In this document: piece after piece, positions 18,364 through 27,935 of the stretch | Layout: the number at the start of each line of letters is the position of its first letter | How positions within the stretch are numbered: the stretch's first letter is position 1 | Assembly: GCA_016788785.1 (NCBI GenBank) | Contig: JAEUSM010000017.1 | Coordinates: 77,676 to 141,675 of the forward strand | Origin: Candidatus Kapaibacterium sp. | GTDB lineage: Bacteria; Bacteroidota; Ignavibacteria; Kapaibacteriales; JAEUSM01 | Length of the DNA: 64,000 nt | Reading direction: 5' to 3' | Program-made: the position numbers and the translations under genes | Notes under the pieces: model-generated | Told to the model about the DNA's origin: nothing | What the model saw: the letters and a program-made list of their open reading frames with translations, nothing else | The model's database searches: none

Positions 18364-18728
18364 AAGATAAAATTGGTTTGTAATTGATAACTATTCAAAT
18401 TCATTTTTTTTTTTTCAGCCTTCGATTCTTTTCGTTTTCGTTCAAACGATAAATGAATGAGTGTTACTTCTATAAGTAGTGAGATAAAAATCCCAATTAC
18501 CAATGCAATCATCATTGCTATGTGGTTGAAATAAGCTATAGTGAGTGCATATCCTACTAACACACTTATTACCACAATTCTAATGACCATGCTACTCAGT
18601 ACCAAAGAAATGCATTTTGACATTTCTTCCTTTTTCATAGCAATATTTCCAACAATGTACCCAACTAAAGAGTTCAATACACTAACTATGAATGCTAACG
18701 AAATAGATATTACTGTAGAGTAATTCAC
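18360..18728 (-). CDS. atpI: AtpI-like ATP synthase accessory membrane protein
   Basis: Hydrophobic 122 aa with MVIR motif, directly upstream of and overlapping atpB. Confidence 0.6.
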   Translation of the reverse strand: MNYSTVISISLAFIVSVLNSLVGYIVGNIAMKKEEMSKCISLVLSSMVIRIVVISVLVGYALTIAYFNHIAMMIALVIGIFISLLIEVTLIHLSFERKRKESKAEKKKMNLNSYQLQTNFIF

Positions 18729-18750
18729 GATTGATAAGTACTATCGTTCA

Positions 18751-18984
18751 TTATAACGAATCTTTTGATTTGGTAACTGTTCGAAAAAATGCAATCATTG
18801 CAACGACACAGAAAAAGAAAACAACAATCAAAATCCCGTACGGTGTAGATTCTAACCAAATATCAATTCCATATCCAATAAGAATTCCCAAACCGATAGT
18901 CGTTGCAAATTGAAAACCAAGTCCTATGTAGGGAGCTAATTGTTTAACAATTGTGCTTTTTGTAGTATTTGTTTCATTTTTCAC
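18751..18984 (-). CDS. atpZ: AtpZ/AtpI-family small membrane protein
   Basis: APYIGLGFQFA...GYGIDIWLESTPYG pattern; first gene of the atp operon. Confidence 0.8.
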   Translation of the reverse strand: MKNETNTTKSTIVKQLAPYIGLGFQFATTIGLGILIGYGIDIWLESTPYGILIVVFFFCVVAMIAFFRTVTKSKDSL

Positions 18985-19104
18985 TGTACTTTACCAAAAA
19001 TTTATGTACAGATGTACAAAAATACCACATTCCAAACAAATATCAAAGGATTTGTTTTGAAAAGTGGCATCTTACTGTGTCAATGTTGTATTTTTACGTT
19101 GCAA

Positions 19105-19758
19105 TTAGGTATTATTAGACTTTTTCTGCAAAAAATCCTTCACAGCATCTATATTTGGTTTTGGAATCGGAGTTGTCTTTGCTTCTTCTTGTGAAGATGC
19201 TTTCAGCTCAGATAATACCCTATTCTTATTTGCAGTTTTTGGGTCAGTACCTAAGGATGGGTCGTCTGGTGAAAACAAAAAGTCATCTTTCTTTTGTTTA
19301 AGTGCACTTTCTGATTCATTTTCTTTCAAATTTAGTTGCTGACGTAAGGTTGCTTCTTTTTGTTCACGTGAAATAGCTGCCATTAATTCTGGTGAAAGTA
19401 TATCTCGAAGTTTATCAAAAATCAAACCTCGAGTAAATGGTTTCGAAACAAAATCTGCAGCACCATTTTTTATTGCAGTAGTCAAATTCTCAACATCAGG
19501 CGAAGCTGTCACGATAACAACGGGAGTTTCTTTGATTGCCTTAATATGTTTTATCATTTTCAAGGTGATTAAGCCAGATATTTCAGGCATTAACACATCT
19601 AAAAAGATGATGACAGGCTTTACTTCCAATGCCATTGCAACACCTTCAAATCCATTTGAGGCGACAACTGGTGTAAAACCAAAACTTTCTAATGTTTTCA
19701 TCAGAATTCGTTGCATCCAAACGTCGTCATCGATAATTATTGCAGGATATTTGCTCAT
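19105..19758 (-). CDS. Response regulator (REC domain plus low-complexity C-terminal tail)
   Basis: IIDDD, FLDVLMP phospho-Asp, VTA, SKPF. Confidence 0.85.
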   Translation of the reverse strand: MSKYPAIIIDDDVWMQRILMKTLESFGFTPVVASNGFEGVAMALEVKPVIIFLDVLMPEISGLITLKMIKHIKAIKETPVVIVTASPDVENLTTAIKNGAADFVSKPFTRGLIFDKLRDILSPELMAAISREQKEATLRQQLNLKENESESALKQKKDDFLFSPDDPSLGTDPKTANKNRVLSELKASSQEEAKTTPIPKPNIDAVKDFLQKKSNNT

Positions 19759-19977
19759 GGTGTATTTGAAAGGTTGTTCGTAAAAATGATATGAACAAAA
19801 CTTAATAAACTTGTACTTTTTGTTTGACCTTTACAAAAATACTAAATTCATGGAACTTTATGAAAAATTCTTTAGTTTTCTACCTCAAATACAATTTCTA
19901 CAATTATATAGTTCCAATTTTTGTATCTTTGTAGTTATTCTGAATTACATTTGTACTGTCATTAAACGAAAAAATAT

Positions 19978-21126
19978 ATGTTCAATACACAATTAAACGA
20001 AACGCAGCTACTAATTAAAGAAACAGCTGCTCAATTTGCTGCAGAACGCGTTTATCCTTCAGCTCAAGAACGAGATATTACTGCTTCATTCCCTTCAGAC
20101 ATAGTTCGTGAAATGGGTGAACTAGGCTTTATGGGAATGATGATAGACCCAGAATGGGGTGGTAGTGGTCTTGACGCAGTTTCTTATGTTGTAGCAATGG
20201 AAGAAATTTCAAAGGCAGATGCCTCAGTTGGTGTCATAATGTCCGTTAACAATTCTTTAGTTTGTTGGGGAATAGTTACTTACGGAACAGACGATCAGAA
20301 AGAACGATTTTTAAAACCATTAGCATCAGGTCAAAAACTTGGTGCTTTTTGTTTGAGTGAGCCAGAGGCAGGTTCTGACGCAACTTCTCAGTACACCAAT
20401 GCTCATCAAGAAGGTGAGTATTGGGTATTGAATGGTACAAAAAATTGGATTACCAATGGAACATCTGCCAATACATATTTAGTTTTTGCTCAAACAGATA
20501 GAGAAAAACGTCATAAAGGTATCACTTGTTTTTTAGTAGATAGAAATACCGAAGGTTTTGAACCTGGTAAAAAAGAAGACAAATTGGGTATTCGTTCTTC
20601 CGATACGTGTTCTATTGGTCTCATGAATGTTCGTGTTCATGAATCTGACATTTTAGGTGGAGTAGGTAACGGATTCAAAATCGCAATGGAAAGCTTAAAC
20701 GGAGGAAGAATTGGTATTGCAGCTCAAGCTTTAGGAATTGCTCAAGCGGCTTTTGAAGCAGCGTTGAAATATTCTAAAGAACGTAAAGCTTTTGGTAAGC
20801 CAATTTGCGAATTACAGGCGATTCAAATGAAATTAGCTGATATGTCAATGAAAATTGATGCCGCAAGACTGTTGATTCACAAAGCAGCATCGATGAAAGA
20901 CAATCATCAAACCTATATTAAAGAGGCTGCTCATGCAAAATTATTTGCATCTAAAACAGCCGTAGAAGTAGCGTTAGAAGCAATTCAAGTACATGGTGGT
21001 TATGGTTATGTACGTGAATATAATGTAGAAAGATATTTACGTGATGCCAAAATCACAGAAATTTATGAAGGCACTTCTGAAATTCAACATATTGTCATCG
21101 CTCGAGAGCTTCTTAAAGCACTTTAA
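19978..21126 (+). CDS. Acyl-CoA dehydrogenase (short/branched-chain type)
   Basis: FCLSEPEAGSD, NGTKNWITNG, KLGIRSSDT, GGRIGIAAQ, EIYEGTSEIQ. Confidence 0.95.
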   Translation: MFNTQLNETQLLIKETAAQFAAERVYPSAQERDITASFPSDIVREMGELGFMGMMIDPEWGGSGLDAVSYVVAMEEISKADASVGVIMSVNNSLVCWGIVTYGTDDQKERFLKPLASGQKLGAFCLSEPEAGSDATSQYTNAHQEGEYWVLNGTKNWITNGTSANTYLVFAQTDREKRHKGITCFLVDRNTEGFEPGKKEDKLGIRSSDTCSIGLMNVRVHESDILGGVGNGFKIAMESLNGGRIGIAAQALGIAQAAFEAALKYSKERKAFGKPICELQAIQMKLADMSMKIDAARLLIHKAASMKDNHQTYIKEAAHAKLFASKTAVEVALEAIQVHGGYGYVREYNVERYLRDAKITEIYEGTSEIQHIVIARELLKAL

Positions 21127-21138
21127 TCCAACTCCTAT

Positions 21139-21168
21139 AAGCCTTTTCAGTTGAAAAGGCTTTTTTTT
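21139..21168 (+). terminator. Intrinsic terminator
   Basis: AAGCCTTTTCA-GT-TGAAAAGGC followed by T8. Confidence 0.8.
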
Positions 21169-21195
21169 ATCATAAAATGAACTTTTGTACGTAAT

Positions 21196-21213
21196 TAGTT
21201 GTTCAAACAACTA
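21196..21213. promoter_or_regulatory. Candidate MarR operator 1
   Basis: TAGTTGTT-CA-AACAACTA palindrome 10 bp upstream of the marR start. Confidence 0.6.
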
Positions 21214-21223
21214 TTAGTTAGAC

Positions 21224-21655
21224 ATGGAAACACAACGAAGCTGTTTAAAAAGCTCATTAGGCTACTTACTAAATATAGCACAATCTACTGTACAACGTAG
21301 GTTGCTTCATGCATTCAAAGATGCTGGATATGACATTACTGTTGAACAATGGACAGTACTTGTGCATCTTTGGGAACAAGATGGCGTCTCTCAACAAGAA
21401 CTTTCTATGGCAACTGGAAAAGATAATGCATCTATCTGTAGATTGATAGATTCATTGGAAAAACGCAATTTAGTAGTAAGAGTTCCGAATAAAAGTGATA
21501 GAAGAATCAATGTTATCTACATGACTTCTGCAGCTAAATCAATACGGACAGATTTGGTACAAATTGCCGAAGATACATTTTCTGATTTACTCAATAACGT
21601 AACTCAATCCGATAAAGAAACATTTTATTCTGTTTTGAAAACTCTCTCAGAGTAG
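21224..21655 (+). CDS. MarR family transcriptional regulator
   Basis: ITVEQWTVLVHLW, SQQEL, LEKRNLVVR, DRR wing motif. Confidence 0.92.
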   Translation: METQRSCLKSSLGYLLNIAQSTVQRRLLHAFKDAGYDITVEQWTVLVHLWEQDGVSQQELSMATGKDNASICRLIDSLEKRNLVVRVPNKSDRRINVIYMTSAAKSIRTDLVQIAEDTFSDLLNNVTQSDKETFYSVLKTLSE

Positions 21656-21672
21656 AAAAAATTTTACTTTTT

Positions 21673-21690
21673 TATTTGCATAAACAAATA
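21673..21690. promoter_or_regulatory. Candidate MarR operator 2
   Basis: TATTTG-CATAAA-CAAATA; same 18-bp TAnTTG-N6-CAAnTA pattern as operator 1. Confidence 0.5.
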
Positions 21691-21721
21691 TTGTTACAAC
21701 ATATATATTACAGGTTCGTCA

Positions 21722-22561
21722 ATGCATAGGAAATCGTTTATTCTAACAGGTTTTGCAGCGATACTTACTTCTAACAGTTTGTATGCTAATGTAAAATCGT
21801 ATTTATCCTCAAAATTTGCGAAAAAAACAATGGAAACTACTGCAAACAGTGCAAATGTGATTTTGCACAAAGCTTCTACAAGAGGTCATGCGAATCATGG
21901 CTGGTTGGACTCTTATCATACCTTTAGTTTTGCCAATTACTATGATGAGTCACGTGTTCATTTTGGTGCTTTACGAGTTCTCAATGATGATAAAATTGAC
22001 GGTGGCACTGGTTTTTCCAAACACCCACACTCAAATATGGAAATAATTTCCATTCCTATTTATGGTGCATTAGAACACAAAGATAGCATGGGCAATACAA
22101 CAGTTATCCAAACTAATGACATTCAAATTATGTCTGCCGGAACTGGTGTTACACACTCTGAATACAATCATTTGAAAGATGCTGTTTCGAATTTTTTACA
22201 GATCTGGGTATTTCCAGCTGAAAAAAATATCGCTCCAAATTACGACCAAATGACGTTAAATCCAGCAGACCGCTATGGGAAATTAGTTCCTATAGTTTCG
22301 CCAGCAGGTGAGCCGGGAGTTACTATCAACCAAAATGCTTGGTTTCATAGAGGAACTTTAGTAAAAGACAGCATTACCAATTACAAACTACATTCTCCTA
22401 ATAATGGTGTCTATGCTTTTATTATCAATGGAGATGTTACTATCAATGACCAACCATTAGAACGTCGTGATGGTGCTGGTTTTACAAATACTCAAGAATT
22501 ACAAATAAACGCCATTTCTGAAGCAGATGTACTGCTTATTGAAGTGCCAATGCTACAATAA
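21722..22561 (+). CDS. Pirin family protein (YhhW-like)
   Basis: RGHANHGWLDSYHTFSF, HPHSNMEI, HKDSMGN, MSAGTGVTHSE, FLQIW. Confidence 0.93.
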   Translation: MHRKSFILTGFAAILTSNSLYANVKSYLSSKFAKKTMETTANSANVILHKASTRGHANHGWLDSYHTFSFANYYDESRVHFGALRVLNDDKIDGGTGFSKHPHSNMEIISIPIYGALEHKDSMGNTTVIQTNDIQIMSAGTGVTHSEYNHLKDAVSNFLQIWVFPAEKNIAPNYDQMTLNPADRYGKLVPIVSPAGEPGVTINQNAWFHRGTLVKDSITNYKLHSPNNGVYAFIINGDVTINDQPLERRDGAGFTNTQELQINAISEADVLLIEVPMLQ

Positions 22562-22593
22562 TTTTTTAATCATATTTATTTAAAGGACTACAC

Positions 22594-23124
22594 ATGTCAA
22601 CTACATGGAAAATTGATCAATCACATTCTGATGTGAACTTTAAAGTTAAACACTTAATGATTTCAACTGTCACAGGAAAATTTGAATCCTATGATGGAAC
22701 TGTTGAACAACCAAACCCAGATTCATTCGAAGGATCTGCAATTTCTTTTACTGCAGATGTAAAAAGCATTTCTACCGGTGTTGCAGATCGTGACAATCAC
22801 CTTCGTTCCAATGATTTCTTTAATGCGGATGAATTTCCAACGATGAAATTTGAAGCTTCTTCGTTTGAGAAAACTTCTGATGACGAATATCAATTGAATG
22901 GTCATCTTACTATTCGCGACAATACAAAACCGGTTTCATTGCGTGCGACATTCAATGGTATTACTTCCGATATGTGGGGAGGAACTCGTGCTGGATTTGA
23001 AATAACTGGTACTATCAAAAGAAAAGAATTTGGCTTACTTTGGAACGCTACTACCGAGTTAGGTGGAGTCGTAGTAAGTGATGATGTAAAGTTAGCATTA
23101 GACGTACAACTTGTAAAACAATAA
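22594..23124 (+). CDS. YceI family polyisoprenoid-binding protein
   Basis: WKIDQSHSDVNFKVKHLMISTVTGKF, RDNHLRSNDFF, RKEFGL. Confidence 0.93.
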   Translation: MSTTWKIDQSHSDVNFKVKHLMISTVTGKFESYDGTVEQPNPDSFEGSAISFTADVKSISTGVADRDNHLRSNDFFNADEFPTMKFEASSFEKTSDDEYQLNGHLTIRDNTKPVSLRATFNGITSDMWGGTRAGFEITGTIKRKEFGLLWNATTELGGVVVSDDVKLALDVQLVKQ

Positions 23125-23132
23125 CAAGAATC

Positions 23133-23175
23133 TTTCATCAATGTCGCAACAACTATTGTTGCGACATTGATGAAA
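23133..23175. repeat. Perfect 20-bp inverted repeat with 3-nt loop
   Basis: TTTCATCAATGTCGCAACAA-CTA-TTGTTGCGACATTGATGAAA. Confidence 0.9.
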
Positions 23176-23190
23176 TTCTGAAAGAAACTT

Positions 23191-24042
23191 ATGGAAACAT
23201 CCATTATTATTGCATCTCCATTGCATCAACAATTAGGTCCTAACCTTGTTATCAATGCACCGATTCCAACACGGCAAATACCAAATGTTGATCCTTTTTT
23301 ACTTTTACACCATTTTGGACCAATTGAAGTAAGTTCAAAACACGATTTTTTAGTTCCACCCCATCCTCACAAGGGATTCGAAGCTATAACATTTCTTTTC
23401 AGTGGTTCCGTTGAGCATAAAGATTCATTAGGAAATTCCGGCATTCTTCATTCTGGTGATATTCAATGGATGACAGCCGGTAATGGTATCGAACACCAAG
23501 AAGGATATCCTTATGATGACAAAACGCAAACGTTGGAAGGAATCCAATTATGGGTAAATTTACCTGCGAGTTCTAAACGTGAAGCACCTCGTTATCAGGA
23601 TATTCAATCAAAAGACATTCCTGAAGTAATAGAAGGTACTTCTGTCATTCGTGTTTTTGCAGGTACTTTTGATGGTAAAACTGCTCCAACAAAAACAGTT
23701 ACTGATTTGACTGCACTGTATGGTAAAACAGAGAAAGGATATAAACGCGTTTTTGACATTCCCATGGGATATAATGCTATTTTGTATACATTACATGGTA
23801 ATATTGAAGTACATTCTGGTGGAGACTTTGTTGCTTCTGAAGGTTCCGCAATTGTAATAAACAATAGTAGCCAACCAATTGAGATAAAAACAACGGTTGA
23901 TTCTCAATTTGTTTTGCTTTATGGAAAACCAATCAACGAACCCATTGCTACTTATGGTCCCTTCGTTATGAATTATCACGAAGAAATCAATGTAGCCATC
24001 CGAGAATACCGTTCAGGTGCATGGGGAAGCGTTGCTCAATAA
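23191..24042 (+). CDS. Pirin family protein
   Basis: DPFLLLHH, PHPHKGFE, HKDSLG, WMTAGNGIEHQE, QLWVNLP, EPIATYGPFVMN. Confidence 0.93.
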   Translation: METSIIIASPLHQQLGPNLVINAPIPTRQIPNVDPFLLLHHFGPIEVSSKHDFLVPPHPHKGFEAITFLFSGSVEHKDSLGNSGILHSGDIQWMTAGNGIEHQEGYPYDDKTQTLEGIQLWVNLPASSKREAPRYQDIQSKDIPEVIEGTSVIRVFAGTFDGKTAPTKTVTDLTALYGKTEKGYKRVFDIPMGYNAILYTLHGNIEVHSGGDFVASEGSAIVINNSSQPIEIKTTVDSQFVLLYGKPINEPIATYGPFVMNYHEEINVAIREYRSGAWGSVAQ

Positions 24043-24051
24043 AGCAAATTA

Positions 24052-25764
24052 TTAAGAAAGTGCTTGAAGCTCTGACGACACAAATTCCATTAATTCTTTG
24101 AGGAATTGTGGAGTCAAGTTAAATTGAATTCCTGCGGCTTCATACACTTCTATCATATTTTTTGAACCACCCAATTTTAACGCCTCAAGGTACGATTGAA
24201 TAGTTCCTTGAGGATTTTTTTTGTAGTTTGCCCACATCTGAACAGCTCCAATTTGAGCAATTCCGTAATCAATATAGTAGAATGGTGAACGGAAAATATG
24301 TTGAAATTGCCAACCTGTATGTTGATACTCTTCTAATCCTTCACGAGAAATCGGTGCCCCTTTCCCAAAACGTTCAGTTAAATCTAACCAACATTGTTTG
24401 CGTTCTTCAGATGTGTGATTTGGATTTTCATAGACCCAATGTTGAAACGCATCTACTTTCGCTATACGTGGCAATAACTCTATTACTCGTTCCAATTGTT
24501 GACGTTTTGCTTGAAGTAAATCTTCTTCATTAGTATAGAATTCATCCCAATAATCCATTGTCAATAGTTCCATAGACATTGAAGCAAATTCTGCTACTTC
24601 TTTGGGGAATGACTTGTAGGCTACAATAGATTGATCTTTCGTTACAAAGGTATGAATCGCATGTCCAACTTCATGAAGAAGGGTTACAACATCGCGTTGC
24701 AAACCAACAGCATTCATAAAGATAAATGGAATATGTCTGTCATATAATGGAGAATTATATCCACCCATTTCTTTAGATTTGCGAGATTCCAAATCTAAAT
24801 GTCCAACTTCTTTCATAATCGCCAAATATTCACCTAAACCAGGATGCAACCTGTTGAATATTCTTATACATCCATCAACGAGCTCTTCGGTGTTTGAAAA
24901 TGGTTTGAGTGAGTTAGAGCCATAAATATCCACAGATAAATCCCAAGGGCGAAGTTCATCAAGACCTAAAATTTGTTTACGAGTTTGTAAAATTTCATTT
25001 TCCAAAGGAAGCACATATTCTTCTATTGCTTTATGAAAGACAAAACAATCTTCAGGAGTATATTCTAATCTATCAAAACTTTTGAATTGAAAATCTCGGA
25101 AGTTTTCTTCACCCGCATTTACCGCAATTTGATGACGTAATGATACTAATTCAGTAAATATTTCATCTAATTGGTTGTATTCATTCACACTTTGTGATGT
25201 GATTAGTTTCCAAACTTCTTCACGAACTGATCTGTCTTCTGATTTTAGATACAATGACAATTGTGGAATTGTTTGCTCTTTTCCATCGTAAACAATGTTT
25301 CGTGAGGCAACAATACGTGAAAATTCATCTGTTTTTTTGGAAACTTGTACTTGCAATGGGATATTTTTTTCTGTAAATAAATCAAAAGAATTTTTGACTA
25401 AGGTACAATATCGTTCATAATAAGTACCTTTCAATTCATCAATAAATTCAGATTCTAATAACTTTTTATTCAATGCCATCCATTGAGGACTAAGCTTTGG
25501 AATGATGTCATTGACAAAAAGTTCATAGCGTTTACGATACTCTTGATTTGATGTATCACGAGATTTATTTATGTATGACCACGCCATTTCTGACGAAGCC
25601 ACTCGTTGAAATTCCTGTAACTTGTCTATCCATTCAATGAATTCTACCACATTTGAAAACGTTGCTGATTGCAATCTTTCAAAATATGGAACGAAATCGT
25701 CATAACGAGATGGGTCAAAATCATTATGTATAAAATACTGGGGTAGACGTTCAGGAATAATCAT
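24052..25764 (-). CDS. pepF: M3 family oligoendopeptidase F
   Basis: LRPWD, DLESRKSK, TLLHEVGHAIH (HExxH), EVAEFASM, FYYIDY. Confidence 0.88.
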   Translation of the reverse strand: MIIPERLPQYFIHNDFDPSRYDDFVPYFERLQSATFSNVVEFIEWIDKLQEFQRVASSEMAWSYINKSRDTSNQEYRKRYELFVNDIIPKLSPQWMALNKKLLESEFIDELKGTYYERYCTLVKNSFDLFTEKNIPLQVQVSKKTDEFSRIVASRNIVYDGKEQTIPQLSLYLKSEDRSVREEVWKLITSQSVNEYNQLDEIFTELVSLRHQIAVNAGEENFRDFQFKSFDRLEYTPEDCFVFHKAIEEYVLPLENEILQTRKQILGLDELRPWDLSVDIYGSNSLKPFSNTEELVDGCIRIFNRLHPGLGEYLAIMKEVGHLDLESRKSKEMGGYNSPLYDRHIPFIFMNAVGLQRDVVTLLHEVGHAIHTFVTKDQSIVAYKSFPKEVAEFASMSMELLTMDYWDEFYTNEEDLLQAKRQQLERVIELLPRIAKVDAFQHWVYENPNHTSEERKQCWLDLTERFGKGAPISREGLEEYQHTGWQFQHIFRSPFYYIDYGIAQIGAVQMWANYKKNPQGTIQSYLEALKLGGSKNMIEVYEAAGIQFNLTPQFLKELMEFVSSELQALS

Positions 25765-25803
25765 TTTTTTTTCAGAGTAAAATCAATAAGGTAAAAGAAT
25801 CAA

Positions 25804-26157
25804 TTAAAATGGGACGTCATCATCAGAAAATGGTGCTGATGCTTCATTGGTATACGAAGAATTGGATGGTGCATCACCTTGACGCTCCATTTTCCAACCG
25901 CGTAGCGATGTAATATACCCAGTATTTCCATCTTTTCCTACATACGAACGACCTGTTAAGTTGAAGAAAATTTTCACAGTTTCATTTTTGCTGTAATCAT
26001 CGAGTAATGAACATTTATCTTGAACAAACTCAATTTTCACAAACTGTGGGTACATTCCATCTTGAACTTCCAAGACCACTTCTCGCTTTTTAAACTTCTC
26101 TGTTATTTGTTGTTCTGGAAACAATTCACAAATGCTTCCTACTACTTCGTACGTCAT
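25804..26157 (-). CDS. DUF3127 family protein (OB-fold, SSB-like)
   Basis: FKKREVVL...YPQ...F.QDKC...FNLTGR...L.GWK pattern; C-terminal DDDVPF. Confidence 0.85.
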   Translation of the reverse strand: MTYEVVGSICELFPEQQITEKFKKREVVLEVQDGMYPQFVKIEFVQDKCSLLDDYSKNETVKIFFNLTGRSYVGKDGNTGYITSLRGWKMERQGDAPSNSSYTNEASAPFSDDDVPF

Positions 26158-26225
26158 CTATTCCTCTTTTTTCAATTCTAAAATACTAAATTACAAAAAA
26201 ATTATCTTTTTCCATACTTTTTTAC

Positions 26226-26906
26226 CTAAACTATCAATCCATCTTTTAATGTTATAGTTCTTTGTGTTCGTTTTGCTACTGCCTCACTATGGGTTGCAAC
26301 AATGATGGTTAACGAGTGTTTCGAACGAATTTCGTCAAATAGGTGTAATATATTTTCGGTATTTGCACTATCCAAATTTCCAGTTGGTTCATCTGCTAAT
26401 AATATCGATGGTTCCGAAAACAAAGCTCGAGCGATAGCCACTCGCTGTTGTTCACCACCCGAAAGTTCATGCGGTTTATTCCCTTTTCGGTGAAGTATTC
26501 CCAAACTTTCCATCAATTGTTCTGCTTTTTTTTGTTGTTGTTTGGAATAATCTCCCGCTATAATCGATGGAAGAAATATATTCTCCAATGCAGTAAACTC
26601 TGGCAAAAGATGATGAAATTGGAAAACAAATCCTATCTCTTTGTTTCGTATTCGAGCGATTGCATCTTGCGATTGTTTGGTCAAATTTATCATATCGTTG
26701 TTGTATCGAAAGAAAATAGAACCAGAATCAACCGAATCCAGAGTACCTATTAAATGTAACAACGTACTTTTTCCAGCTCCAGAAGGACCAATCAACGAAA
26801 CATATTCTCCTTCCGATACAGAAAATGACACGCCCTTGAGTATTGGGGTGTCATCTTTCGATTGGAGTGAGTACGATTTGTAAACGTTTTCTACAGATAA
26901 TATCAA
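26226..26906 (-). CDS. lolD: LolD-like ABC transporter ATP-binding protein
   Basis: GPSGAGKST, GFVFQFHHLLPEFTALEN, LSGGEQQR, ADEPTGNLD. Confidence 0.82.
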   Translation of the reverse strand: MILSVENVYKSYSLQSKDDTPILKGVSFSVSEGEYVSLIGPSGAGKSTLLHLIGTLDSVDSGSIFFRYNNDMINLTKQSQDAIARIRNKEIGFVFQFHHLLPEFTALENIFLPSIIAGDYSKQQQKKAEQLMESLGILHRKGNKPHELSGGEQQRVAIARALFSEPSILLADEPTGNLDSANTENILHLFDEIRSKHSLTIIVATHSEAVAKRTQRTITLKDGLIV

Positions 26907-26916
26907 AGTAATTTCG

Positions 26917-27915
26917 TTAAAATTGTTCTAAAACTCGTACATCATTTTCGTACAGGGCACGAATATCTGGTAATTCAGAGGTAAGCATCGTAATACGTTC
27001 CACTCCAAAACCAAACGCAAAACCAGAGTACACTTCTGGGTCTAACCCGCAATTACGCAATACATTCGGATGAACCATTCCACATCCACAAATTTCCATC
27101 CACGAAACTTCACCATTTTTTTTGATACGTTTCATATCAATTTCAGCACTCGGTTCTGTAAACGGAAAAAACGATGTACGAAAACGAACTTCTGTCGCTC
27201 CAAACATTCGTTGAGCAAAGGCGAACATCGTACCTTTCAAATCCGCAAATGTAACCCCTTTATCTATATAGATACCGTCAATCTGATGAAATTCCGCCAA
27301 ATGGGTTGCGTCCAAGGCTTCATTTCGGTATACTCTTCCAGGCATTATCGAACGAATTGGTGGTTTTTGTTCTTGCATTATGCGAATTTGTACAGGCGTA
27401 GTATGAGTACGTAATAATGTTCCCATTTTGTCCTTGATGAAGAACGTATCTTGCATATCCCGTGCTGGATGATCAGCAGGAAAATTCAATGCTTCAAAAT
27501 TGAAATAATCACTTTCTACTTCCGGACCTTGCGCAACGGTAAACCCCATCTCCTTGAAGATTTCGATACAATGATCCATTGTTTTCATCACAGGATGCAA
27601 ACTACCTTTCGACGGTTTTTTACCTGGCAAGGTAATATCAATAGTAGTAGTAGTAGTACCACTCGAAGATGAAAACTGTTCTTTTTTCTCTGCAAATGCT
27701 GACTCGGCAAAGGATTTCAATACATTCAGTTCTTTACCTACAAGCGGTTTTTGTTCTTTGGGAACTTCACGCATTTTGTCCACTAATTCTTGTACAGTTC
27801 CTTTTTTCACCAAATGCACAAGACGGAATTGTTCTAAAGCATCTGCTGATTGCACAACTTCGATTTCGCTTTTAATTCTTTGTAGTAACTGTTGTATTTC
27901 TTCGAGAAGATTCAT
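26917..27915 (-). CDS. pheS: Phenylalanine--tRNA ligase alpha subunit
   Basis: HPARDMQDTF, LRTHTTPVQ, FPFTEPSAE, GFAFGFGVER; start set at MNLLEE (27915). Confidence 0.97.
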   Translation of the reverse strand: MNLLEEIQQLLQRIKSEIEVVQSADALEQFRLVHLVKKGTVQELVDKMREVPKEQKPLVGKELNVLKSFAESAFAEKKEQFSSSSGTTTTTIDITLPGKKPSKGSLHPVMKTMDHCIEIFKEMGFTVAQGPEVESDYFNFEALNFPADHPARDMQDTFFIKDKMGTLLRTHTTPVQIRIMQEQKPPIRSIMPGRVYRNEALDATHLAEFHQIDGIYIDKGVTFADLKGTMFAFAQRMFGATEVRFRTSFFPFTEPSAEIDMKRIKKNGEVSWMEICGCGMVHPNVLRNCGLDPEVYSGFAFGFGVERITMLTSELPDIRALYENDVRVLEQF

Positions 27916-27935
27916 ATTTACTATGTATATTTTTA

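Noticed and set aside
27641-27658. (AGT)n microsatellite in pheS
   Set aside because: Short in-frame repeat encoding a Thr linker; no phase-variation consequence
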